From Styela clava (Eukaryota): DNA of 64,000 nt. Positions 42,462-54,185 of this stretch are shown in pieces. Position 1 is the stretch's first letter, and the number at the start of each line of letters is the position of its first letter. The DNA lies in assembly GCF_964204865.1 (NCBI RefSeq), contig NC_135257.1:9610001-9674000 (forward strand). The letters are read 5' to 3'. Both the position numbers and the translations under genes were made by a program. The notes under the pieces were generated by a model. It was not told where the DNA came from. It saw nothing but the letters and a program-made list of their open reading frames with translations, and made no database searches.

Positions 42462-45400
42462 CTATATTTCGTAAATAAATTTGATGTCAGTATGCCCCAA
42501 TTTATCTGCAATCAATTTGTCCATCAATTCCGACTGTGCAACAGTCATCAGCTCCTTCCAGTTTCCGATTTCTCCTATATAAAACATCTTTTGATTTATA
42601 GTATTTAGTTACTTCGTACGGAGCCTAGTATTCTAATATACAACGCTAATCATTGTAATTTATTTCATAGCTCTAGGCTGCATAATGAAATATTTTAGTA
42701 AAATGATCCGATAAGTATCACCACTTGCTGTGATGGCATGATCAGCGCATTATGTGGCTTTCGGTATGTATTATTCCGATTCGATAAATGTATCACGTTA
42801 CCTTTTCTGAATAGATTCAATTTCAAAAGATTTGAATGAGATGTCTGTTTCATGACACTAAACGTAGTCGCATTTTCTATTTCCTCCACTCTCTTATCAT
42901 CAACTTCAATGTTTAAGAACTTTGCCAAACGCCTAATTTCTTGTTTCATGTTCTGTGAAACATATATGGTGATAAAATTGCATCAGGATTGCTTGTGTTT
43001 AGATCCAGTCTGGTGTTCACAATACAAAATTTTTTTCAAAAACGCCATTCCGAATCAGTATTCTGTACAACGAAAGATAGAGCCTGTTGATTATTATTCT
43101 TTACTACTCTGTTCTCTTCTCTTACACCAGTGGTTCCCAACCGTTTATGGCTCGTGGCCCCCTTCTGACGCCTTTTTGCACTCGTGGCCCCCCCTGTTCG
43201 CTATTCCAAAAAAACTAAACGTGCTGGATTGTATTATGTTTTTACTACCTTGTATAGAAGGCAAAAGCAAACCCCAGACAAGAAACCAAAAGATTTTTTG
43301 TATACAACCAATGGGAATCTTGCGCTTGGTACTGTCTAACAAGATTTCTTTATGTTGGACGCCGTCTTTGATATGGCTAGACAAATGTCACTGTCAACAC
43401 CAAGATGGTTTTACCTGGGGATGATTTTTGTCGCAGTGGTTTTGGAGTTTAGATGTACGTAATGTTTTATTGCTCATTACATGCGAGCAATGCAAGCATT
43501 GAGCACGTTCTTTGTCGTCTCGATTTACTTTGGTAAAACCAAAGCCAACGTAACCGTCGTTCCGCTTTCGTATTTAGGATATTGGGTATTTACAAAGACG
43601 TTTTCACGTCTATAATACGATGGCTAAGGTTATCTTGCGGTCTAGTGAAATTGCCCGTCTACAGGTGAGACGCCCTAACGGCGAACTATTTTGACTGTTA
43701 CATTCCAAATTCCATTATGATCAAACAATTCACGTACAAGAAAGCGAATACACCCTGCGATCGCAAATAACCTCTTAAGGGCAATTAAAGTGCGGTAAAC
43801 GCTTGAATGGAGAATTTTATTTTAACTGGAAAATATGCAATCGAAGTCCTTTTATGATCAATTATTAGCCATGTGCCGTGGCCCCTCTTAAACTGCTTCG
43901 TGGCCCCCAGTTGAGAACCACTGTCTAACACCTTGTAAGTTTTCCAATTGTACACCTCGTGATTGGTGGATTATTAATGAAGTATTTTAAATTTAAAATA
44001 ATTGTAATTGACTCATGTGTGTCAGAATGTGTAAAAATCTTACTCTTTTCAGATCTTCATAATAAATGAACATGACATTATCTTCATCCTTGTGTTTATA
44101 CCATCCCAGTATATGATCAGGATACCATTCTCCATCTTTCATGAAGGTTATTTGCTTTCCTGCCACAAAACATTTGAAATAATTAGGTTTGAGTCGAAGG
44201 GAAAATGTACGATGTTCGAATGAATTTCACGCACTATAGATTATTTTTTAAAATAATGTCGCGTTTTTATTCAGACGAAAATAGAAATGTTATCAGAGAG
44301 GTTGGCTCTTCTGTCTCCTCGAACCTGTTAGCTCATAAATTTCAATTGTTATTCAACAAATGGACAAACCCTGCACGTAGTCCGAGAAAAATTGTGGCCA
44401 ATCCAGACTGAAGGCGTATCGGGCGCTGTTGAAGGGTGCATTCTTGCAAAAGTGATACCAGGAAACAACTTGATCTTTAGGATTGCGTAGAATGACAATA
44501 ATCTGCAGAATATAGAAATAAACTGGTTGTTGAAAACACATACTTAGTCATTGCTTGACAAACGTTATCGTTGTATACCACGCCAAAAAGTCGTATGATA
44601 TATTTGGATAAAATGCCAAGGAAAACTGAAAACCCATTAAGTATTTCAACGTTTCTCTGTAAACTCGAAGATTAATTGAGACTTACTTTTTATAATAAAT
44701 ACCTTGTCAACAACTTTGAGCATCGTTAAATGTCAATTTCAGTCGATGAATGTTATGCGGCATAACAACTATATATATAAAGTTTTAACGTAGCCTTGGA
44801 TACAAATTAGGTTTCCAAGCTTTAAAACAACATATTTATTATTTTTGCTTTCGGAACTGATCGATCCGTTTTGGTGTGCTTCATTTCTTCGTATTGGGCA
44901 AAGATTAAGTACGCATCAATCAAACAAAAGACAAACTTTTTTTTATGAATATTATCTGAAAATGGTAACAAGAACGAAGGCAATTCAACTCAAGCATGAG
45001 CAGCGACTGTCGTGACAATGACGATGAGAGCAATGACAATTAATACAGTTATGAAAAGTGATAAAATAAAACAAGAATATTTTTGCAATCCAGAATAATT
45101 CCGTAACAATGGAACCTTTTTCGAACCAAGTATTTTTCCATTAATATGACTTCCAAAGCTTACTATTTTTTTTGCCTGATGTTGTATACATTCCGAAACC
45201 CAGAACGTCGAAAAACTAAATTGAAAAAGAATCACTATGCTTCAAATCAGCTGTTCGCGCAAAAAAATTTCACTCAAATCGTTATTTATTCAGATCGCAA
45301 TAGGTCTATGCAACAGGTTTTCATAATTGAAATAAAGATAAAATGTAGTCACCTTCCCACCACTTTTTTTTATTTTTTTTAAGTTCACCAGATTTTCCGG

Positions 45401-46361
45401 TAAATGAGTTTCGAAACATTTAGGATGAACTGGCAAATATTCCAGTAGCTGAAATTTCGATGCTGAAAGATAAATGAAAATATTGGTTTTCTGAGCATAA
45501 AACATACCATGTTATTTTGCATCGATGGCATATTTATATGTGTAAATTTTAATATTTCTAGCCTAAAATTAGAAAATAATTAAGAACAATGTCATATCGT
45601 TTATAACTTTATATGCTTTGGCGAATATAAAGTTCATGACGCCTATGTCAATTTTCTTTGCAGGATTGATTGTATTGATAAATAATAATTTATATTTTTG
45701 ATTCTAAATATAGAAACAAAACGTGGTATTTCATATTTTGTGACAGGATGGAAAATCTGTTACGGCCTGATGTACCTTCGGCTATTTCCATCTTTTGTAA
45801 AGGTGGAAACATCCTCAATCCATTCGGTCCATATAATAATTGACTTACAATCCCTGATGTCCAATTTACGCCTATGAAAAATATCGGTATGTTATATCCT
45901 GTATATATATATTATACTACTCGACTAAAATGCACGGTACATAAAAAAACTTAACGAAAGGTTTGTATTAGAACAATTTAGAATGTTAAATATATGAACA
46001 TTTCGTGAACTGGATATTCATTTCGAACAGAAAGGAAAAATTTTCATTGCCAATTATGCGCTACTAACTCAGGTGTCTGAAATCATAAAATATACCATTA
46101 TAATCTGCCTATATATATATATTCAAATGAAGGATTACCAGTTTTGGGGTAAGATGCTAGAAATACTGTATTTTGTTCCACTCCCAGTTCTTCGTATGCA
46201 TATTTTGCAGTTTCTGCTTCAAACCCGGGAGGAAAACGATGTCCCTTCCATTCAGTTTCTTTGCACCTGGGAACTCCGTCAAAATGATCGTTGACATATT
46301 TCTTAGTTTGTTCGAAAATTCCTCGTTTTTCATTCGGGATCGCAGAAATAAAGGCATCCAT
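42462..46361 (-). CDS. Cytosolic sulfotransferase paralogue C, 313 aa; exons 46361-46139, 45871-45776, 45462-45353, 44502-44370, 44159-44044, 42952-42802, 42574-42462
   Basis: Same seven-exon structure, 942 nt in frame. Motifs: SYPKTGVNW, FETHLP, RNPKDQVVSWYHF, RKGEIGNWKELMTVAQSE. Confidence 0.95.
43128..43923 (+). mobile_element. Non-autonomous hAT (Charlie-type) MITE in SULT-C intron 5
   Basis: TIRs CAGTGGTTCCCAAC / GTTGAGAACCACTG, cgtggcccc subterminal repeats, and TSD tctTAcac/tctaacac. The paralogous SULT-B intron has the empty site (single tcttacac at 37003-37010). Confidence 0.92.
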
Positions 46362-47072
46362 TTCAAAGAGGAATAATTGGAAAAATAGGAATAATTTCTA
46401 TGCTGTGGGTAGAAAACTTTTATCAATTTAATCGTACCTACTTTGTAAAATACTCTTCTATTGACTAGTGTGATTACTAACTTTCATCAATCAAATAAGA
46501 GGAGATTAACAACGCTTTCTCAAAAATATGAAGTCCTACTATTGCAGGAAATCACGACTTGTTTGTAAAGGAATAATATTATGATATGTGACATAAAATT
46601 TAAAATATTAATTTGCTAAATGTCACGTAAAATTATAAAAATTAGAAATGAGTTTTTATAAAGGATAGTCAACCTCAATTTAACAGCTTCAATATAAACT
46701 TCCACAATTTTCAAATTTGCTAATAAGGGGCCGATCACCTGAATCGGCATTTGAAATTTGATCGAACTTATTTAAAGTTTCTTTTTTTTTTTTGCAATTT
46801 GCAACAACTATACAATCACAGAAAAGGTGGCTGGTAGTTTTAACATTAGAATGACAGAAATCACATGACTCTGATGAACAAGTGTGAATTTATACAATCT
46901 ATCGTTTAGTACTATGGCACCATGGAACATTTTTACATGAAAAGATTGCAATTTGGTTTCAATAGTACAATAAAAGATATCCATATACAATTTATAACCC
47001 AATTAAAATCACTCTCTAAAAAAAGGGTCTGCCCATTGATCAGGGGATATAAATTTGATCAGGTTCAACCTT

Positions 47073-47377
47073 TCATTACTATCGATCTTAAGATCGGTAA
47101 GTATGTTGATAGGTATTTGTCTGTTTGTTTGTTTGTCTGTTAGATACACGCGATATCTCACGAAAGCGAGATTGAATCTGCTCCAAATGTACATGTGCAT
47201 TCATCATAGTTCGGAACAGAAGCCTATTGATTTTCGATGAATTATGTCGTATAATTAGCGAGTTATTAATTAATTAGTGATGGGACACACGCTGTCACTA
47301 TGGAGTAAGAGCGCTGTTTTGGTGGATCCCCTAACCTCCGATCGATAAGTCTTTGGTCTCCGACCGATATTCTCGTT
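47073..47377 (+). mobile_element. Helitron/DINE-1-like non-autonomous element, copy 2
   Basis: Colinear with 34893-35180 (gatcggtaagtatgttgataggtatttgtctgtttgtttgttt...ggtctccga). Confidence 0.78.
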
Positions 47378-47513
47378 GATACTTTTATTTGCTTTTTCTG
47401 TTTCAAATGTTTCAGAAAGAAAATGAGATACATTCTTATCAGGGTCACTTAATACACTAAAATCAATACAGTTTCAAATATTGTTTAACCAATCGTCAGG
47501 TAAAACTCCAGTG

Positions 47514-47777
47514 ATATTACTTATCGATCGTTGATAGGTATTTGTTTGTTTGTCTGTTCACGAAAGCGAGGTTCAATCTACTCCAAATTTTGCATGTGCA
47601 ATCATCATAGCTCGGATCAGAAGCCTATTGATTTTCGATGAATTATGTCGTATAATTAGCGAGTTATTAATTAATTAGGGATGGGACACACGGTGTCACT
47701 ATGGAGTGAGGCCACTGTCTTGGGGGGATCCCCTAACCTTCAATCGATAAGTCTTCGGTTTCCAACCGAATTCTAGT
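47514..47777 (+). mobile_element. Helitron/DINE-1-like non-autonomous element, copy 3
   Basis: Colinear with copy 2 and ends in ttCTAGt, a Helitron-like 3' terminus. Confidence 0.78.
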
Positions 47778-49000
47778 ATTTAAAGTTTCTTGGTATTTTG
47801 ATATTGATATCGCTTCTTGAGCGACCCCTAACGACGACTGTTTATTTTTATCTAGTGCACCTAAATTCAATGCCGACACAACTTCCGTTCTCGCTGGCAG
47901 AGTAGTTTTGACCGCATTATATTTTGCCTGAATTGTGGTCTTTGTGTAATGGCGTAATGAATAACTATTCAAAGAAGATTCCCGTCACAAATATATTTAG
48001 CATTCATAATTCAGGCACGATCTTCTTTATTGTTGAATAATATACCTGCCAAATTAGTTAACCACCTAATCAGAAAAACTTTCTTAAAACGTTTGAAGTT
48101 TTGCATTCTTATGCACTTTAAAAATGCATGTCACGCTATTTATTTATAAGATGATTCATGGTACTATGTCACGGTGCTAAACGAATTACATAGTTCCACC
48201 AAATTGCTATGTTAGCACTCCAAGAACATGAGAGAAATGCTCGAATATATGGACACAAAAGCCAAGACGAATTAGTACGGGTGTTCAATCTTTCACAGTA
48301 GAATAGCAGTACCTAAGTCTTCACATTTTCGCATGAGTACCAGCAGCGAAAGCGGAACCGCCACAAGGTGCGCAATTTTCAATCCATGGGTCCACAGAGG
48401 GATTTTCAACACTTCTTTTCCCAGATTTTGTCAACTAACTTTGGGGGCTCAAAAACGACAATATGGTATTGGACACGGAATGGACCTATGTATCGTTTTG
48501 TTAAATTGTTGTTGCTGGTATTCTTATTTTTGTGTTGTAAAAAAATAGCCTTTTCTTTAATTACGAGATCAATTAAAAATTACGCGGAGTTCAGCGAGGT
48601 CGAGAATTTTTTGAAGATAAACTACCGGTATTGTTAATATTTGGTACTACCTTATTTTGGCCTTTGAGCATTGCTAGGACTCGTACAGAATTTGGTCAAC
48701 ACCCCAGTTTCAGTAAGGCCAAAATTTTGTTATCCGAAGCCGAATATACACGGATTCAAAACGTTTTGAGCTCGGTAGATGGGGTAAACGTTGGAATTTC
48801 GTCAACACAATGTCGGATTGGTTGCTAGAAGTACCTGTGTAATAAAATTTTCTTTCAACCCGCGGTGTTGTAAGGCTTTCGACACATCGTGGCAGTTTGA
48901 AGCCAAATTACCAACTTGTGAATAGATTAATATTTGAACGGGACTTAAGTTCACCCACTGTGGGAGGGGCGAGCAAAAAATAATTATATGTATGCATAGA

Positions 49001-49090
49001 TTCCATTATCTTTAAACCCACGTGCATTCACACACGCATATTATTCGCACATACAGACATTTGCACCCACGGACATTTGCCCCCAGTGCA
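49001..49090 (+). mobile_element. Truncated 'catttg(a/c)accc' family fragment
   Basis: ttccatta start followed by gacatttgcaccc.cggacatttgcccc units. Confidence 0.5.
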
Positions 49091-50898
49091 TTTGGATTTC
49101 CTTTCATAAACCTAGTTTAGGAAAAACCCCGAAACAGGTAAAAATAGCATGTAACGGCAGATACGTAAAATATCGAGTGGGAACAATAAGGAAAAGTGTC
49201 GTAAACAATCTTGCTTCCAACAAATCGAGATCCGTTTCTCGTTCCCTGTTTACTCTTCTACACGTTTAATTATTGGCGCAGTTAACTGTAACTCGATGAA
49301 TCAATGCATTGCCAGTTTTCAAAAGTGTAATTTATAGCATGTCAGCCTCCAAACCCCAAAGTGACTATAAACCGTATTGGGTGAGGACACGCATTGGTAA
49401 CGTTATAAGCGCTTTTGCGACGTCACACCCGCTATTTTGTGTCCAGAGTTCTATCGCTGTATGATCCTAACTAAGTGATTTACACCTGCGATCGTTGAAC
49501 AATTGAATAAAAAAAAACAATGCTTAACAATTCGGACTAAACTTTCGCAGCGGCAAAACGAATAAACATTTTTCCGAAAAATTAATTTTCCGCAGATGTT
49601 TTTCAAATGACTCGGCTCGGCAATATGGTCAGCAGATACGAAGTTAGGGTTAAAGTCATCCAACTTCACTCGATAAATTAACACCCAATAAGCCCAAAAA
49701 TATTAAACAAAGAGATACACATTTTATTGTAAAAATTCCTGATGTAAGTATTGCTACTTACACAGAACTTATTTTAACAAACTGGCAGAACTACAATACA
49801 AACTATACTACAGAAACTTGCAACTATTAGTACGGTACATGTCATGTTATTAAAATATGCGTATCGCAAATTTTCAACAAGGTGTACATTGCCAAAATAT
49901 ATTGAAAAATAAACTACATGCATGGAATGAAGGATAACGGTATATATCAAGGTTACAAGAACATCTAATAACCTGGAGTGTATAACACAATATATTATCT
50001 ATTTGACTTGATCTCCTCTTTTGAGTGAATATTTAACCTTATATTGAGAAAATGCTTCGAAATTTTGAAAGCGACATTGTGGCAAGATGGGAAATTATAT
50101 TTCAAGCAGTCAACTTTATCTGTCAGAAAAGTAACTGGCGAACATAAATTATAAAAGGCATTATTATTGGCGCGAAATATAGGATTGCTCTTTTTGGATG
50201 GGTGGCATAAATATTGGGTAAAATTATCAATTTTGGAATTTTTATCATGTGTGTAAGACCGAAATAGAGTTAGTAAAGAATGTGGGCATTCATCGGGATT
50301 GACACTTTATATTGAAACAAACAAACAATTTGAACCCCGCGTCTTTATAGGGTTCCGCCCGAAACATCATGGCTAATTTTTCACTGTTGAATATCATTGC
50401 AATTACAATTAAGTTTTATCAACTAGAACGTAGAAGACATTATGGCGTTGCTAGATCACCTAGTAAATATTTTACATTCTCCGACGCAAAAGAATCAAAA
50501 TATCCTGCCAATAAATTGTTAAGAGCTGTCTGTAAATTTTGTACGTTATAATGTACAACTTGTACGCTTCGATGAAATTCATTAGGGCGCAAAATTTGCT
50601 AGCCATGAGATCGTTTACATTCTATAATTTTCGGAGCAACTAACTGTTGCAACAGCTCGTTAAAATCAAGAAAATTTTCCCGATAAAATTCGGGCATTTC
50701 ATCAGCTTCTGGAATGATTAATGTAAAACGCAGGCTTTAAACGTTTTGACATGGTGTGACTGTGAACAGGTATCACAATACCAGTTCAAAAAATACTTGC
50801 TCCAAACGCATGCTTGACGTTTCACACTTGCGAGGGAAAGCGGTATGTGTTTTTCATAAGGAACGCAGAGCCGCTACGTTGCAACGAAAATGCGTAAC

Positions 50899-51236
50899 GA
50901 AGTAATTACGGAACGTCGCTGTTGAACTCAAGTTGGCGCAGCGGACATGTGAATGGGTATTGTGCAATTTTACTGGTGAACATGGTGAAAATTTTACAAC
51001 ATTGAATAAAATAGCTTACGCAATTTTATTGGTGCACGATAAATTCAATCTAATGAAGTAATTAGAGAACGTCGCTGTTGAACTCAAGTTGTCGCAGCGG
51101 ACATGTGAAGAATTGGAGAACATTGAATAAAATAGCTTATAATGCAATTTTACTGGTGAACATGGTGAAAATTTTACAACATTGAATAAAAAAGCTTACG
51201 CAATTTTACTGGTGCACGATAAATTCAATCTAATGA
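50899..51236 (+). repeat. Recent tandem duplication, ~157-bp unit x2 with an internal partial re-duplication
   Basis: gaacgtcgctgttgaactcaagttg.cgcagcggacatgtgaa...tgcaattttactggtgaacatggtgaaaattttacaacattgaataaaa.agcttacgcaatttta.tggtgcacgataaattcaatctaatga occurs twice almost identically. Confidence 0.9.
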
Positions 51237-51656
51237 TACCAATCGGAAGCTATCTTTAACCTCTACAAATATGTCGATATCATGTTAGAATAAAACAAGA
51301 AAAAATCGTAGTTTTTATTATTATTTAATTCAAAAGCTTTTCAAAAAAATCCACGCTTTTCAATTTTGACGATTTTTGTTTGATAATCGCGATATTTTAT
51401 CTCCGTCTCATAATTAGTCTCCTAGATTGTCTTCCAAGCAATATAAAAAACTTGTCTGAATATAATGTAAGGTTCGTGAGATATGAGGTTTTGAAGTTGC
51501 ATTACTCACACGGGATGGTGAGAAATAGCAAATAGCAAAATAAACATACTGAACTTACTCGGATAAAATGCAAAACAGTAACAAATCTCCAAAAAATTTG
51601 ACGAACGAAACCTTATCAGCAGACTGACGAAGCTGAAACAAACCGAAGCTGTCATC

Positions 51657-52797
51657 CAGGGCTGCCACTTTTGCCTGCCTAAAAATATCTAGATTAACCT
51701 CAAAAAACACATCTAGATTGAAAAACAAAACATCTAGAAAATGCATCTAGATATGAAGTCATTGTATATAATAAAAATTAACGAAACAACAAACAAGAAC
51801 ATACAAAGTTTATTATATTGCATAATACAGTAATATTAGATGTCGAAGAAGCAAACATCATAACATGGAATTCAATTACCACCTGCAGAACTTTGTTTTT
51901 ATCATCTGAAGGAGCAATCCATTCCTTAGAGAGGCGTAGGCCAATTTTTTCTAAATTTTTGCTGGTAGTGTTTAAACTTTGGCATTTCGAAAGGTTGATG
52001 TTTATGAAGAAACAAATTCAATAGCAACTTGAACAACACAAGTTATTGTCACCCATCTGCCGCTTGGCAACGATACAATAGGCAACGATACAATAGGCAC
52101 AATAATACACTGGCTCATCGGACCAACGTCGTCCTTTCTATTAAACGTAGGGTTAGTTCGGATACCTATAATTTATACTATTCGGATAACGGATATATCC
52201 GGGTATTTCGTATTTTAACTATCCGGTTAACTGGATAGTTACTGCTAATTTCAGAGAACCGATTTCACAAGATTGTGCTGATTGACTAAAATCCACCACA
52301 CAGTTCTATTGTAAATACGTACATATGTACCGGTATTATTTATCTCGAATAAAAATGATTGTGCATTTTGATGTTGCATGTGTCAATGAATTAAAAATTT
52401 AAGCTCTGTAATCGTACAGAAGTACAGCTGAATAATATAATGAAACATTTTTTTAAAATACTGTGTCCTAATTGTCTTTCCCTCGAAGTTATTTTCTCAT
52501 ATTCAAATCCTATGTAAAAATTTATATTATTCCCTTTTTGTTGTTAAATTTTTTGGAAGTTTTTTTTGTGTCTAGAGCATATTTTCTTTTAAATTTTGAC
52601 TCGTACTAAATTTTGGTGTCGCAGATTCACGATGACCATTTCTTTAAGCTTTCAAGTTCAACCGTAAATATATACTACTACGGTTCAACATACACCTGAC
52701 TTAGATAGAATAGATTTATTTCGGCTCATACATTTTACATCTAGATCTTGATAAAACATCTAGATCAAGCTATAAAACATCTAGAGTGGTAACCCTG
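51657..52797 (+). mobile_element. Non-autonomous hAT element with subterminal ATCTAGA arrays
   Basis: TIRs CAGGGCTGCCAC / GTGGTAACCCTG. There are four atctaga motifs near the left end and three near the right, with a degenerate 8-bp TSD ctgtcatc/ctgccacc. Confidence 0.8.
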
Positions 52798-53158
52798 CTG
52801 CCACCGCTGTGAAGCTAGTAGCAAACGTTCTTCTAATTTTGAGCAGCGATGCGTTAAATATCTTTTTTGTGCTCATTGAAGGGTGATATTACAGTTTTGT
52901 GCTTATTGAAGGATGATGGAGTAAAACGTAGGCGATTTCTAACTTCCACACGGCAAAATTTCTCTCGATTATAGATATGGAAGAAATATCAAAATAAGCG
53001 GTAAATTCAAGTGCAGTTTGGAATCTGAATCGATAGCACAACAGCAGTTATTTTTACACTAAGGTTCTATTTACTGATTTGTCAAAGTACGTTGTCTAAC
53101 ATGTCATATATTCGCCTCAATGAATACGCACAAAACTAGTCCGTGTGCAAGACTTTCA

Positions 53159-53551
53159 ACATATTCAACAGGGGAGTACCCCCTTTTCTAAGTTCGAGTA
53201 TTTTTAGGTTCAATGTGTGTGACAAACTTTATGTATTGCACTTTGATATTAAATTATAAAATCGCGTGCCTCTATTGCGGAAGGACATGTAATTAATATT
53301 TGAAAATTGTAAAACTTACCACTTTTTCGTTTTACGTAATTTTGATGAATAGGGAGGTGTATCTTTAACAGGGTAAAACTTCATTTTCTGAGTTCGAGTA
53401 GTTTTGGTTCAATGGCTGTGATAAACTTCATATATTCCACTTTGATATGAAATATTATGCAAAGGACATGCTAATATTATTTGAAAAATGCAAAATTTAA
53501 CCGTTTATCGGTATACGTAGTTTTCATAAATAGGGGCATATTCAACAGGGG
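53159..53551 (+). repeat. Diverged tandem repeat, ~190-bp unit x2 plus the start of a third
   Basis: Repeated anchors: aacaggg, agttcgagta, ggttcaatg, cactttgatat, aaggacatg, atttgaaaa, tacgta, aataggg. Confidence 0.8.
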
Positions 53552-54049
53552 ATATTTATATTCAATTTATTGCAAATTATTTGTTATGCTTTTTCTACCA
53601 AGCAATTCATGCCTGCGCTTTGTAAATGTTAATTTTAGTTTTATTTGATAAATATCTTTCCTGGTTTGTCATGTCAATTTTACCTGTCTACATTTTTTTC
53701 AGGAGTAAATAATGACACGCCTACAATTCTGCCAAGTATTTCAACCGTTTCGCTTCGACGCACACAGAGGTCAATGTCTACTAGCTTCACATTGGTGATG
53801 CTGTCGCGTTCCCACGATTCGCCAAACACTAAATGACGTCCGATATGCATCATTGCACTCGGTGTCTCCACTTGGTTTGTAGTCACTTTGCCAAACATCA
53901 CCGTAAATTCGATGAGCCATTTATGATTGTACTACGTTTGCGGTATTTCTTTGAAAGAACATGACCGACAAGGGCAAAGTGGTATAGTATTATATGACTT
54001 CCAATGAATGTAAGAACGTTACGATGGTGATCAAGATTACACTTACAAT

Positions 54050-54185
54050 TTGTAATCTGTTTTTATTTCTAATATGCAATCTATATGCGGATGCTGCAAT
54101 CTGTGGTAGCAAATGTCGATGACTGCAAAAGTGTGCAATTGCAAATGTCCTGAATGCGGTTTACGGGTGCACATGGGTTGCAATC
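54050..54185 (-). mobile_element. Degenerate 'catttg(a/c)accc' family fragment
   Basis: The reverse complement contains gtgcacccg, gacatttgc, agcatccgcatatagattg (shared with the 22.6-kb copy) and ttagaaataaaaac. Confidence 0.5.

Noticed and set aside
42852-43424. 190-aa plus-strand ORF
   Set aside because: It is a composite of the antisense of SULT-C exon 6, intron sequence and the MITE left arm.
25145-46361. Possibility that one SULT copy is a pseudogene
   Set aside because: All three splice in frame with canonical sites, no premature stops and intact motifs.
53645-53901. Exon-like segment with ORFs on both strands
   Set aside because: I could not link it to partner exons or to any protein family.
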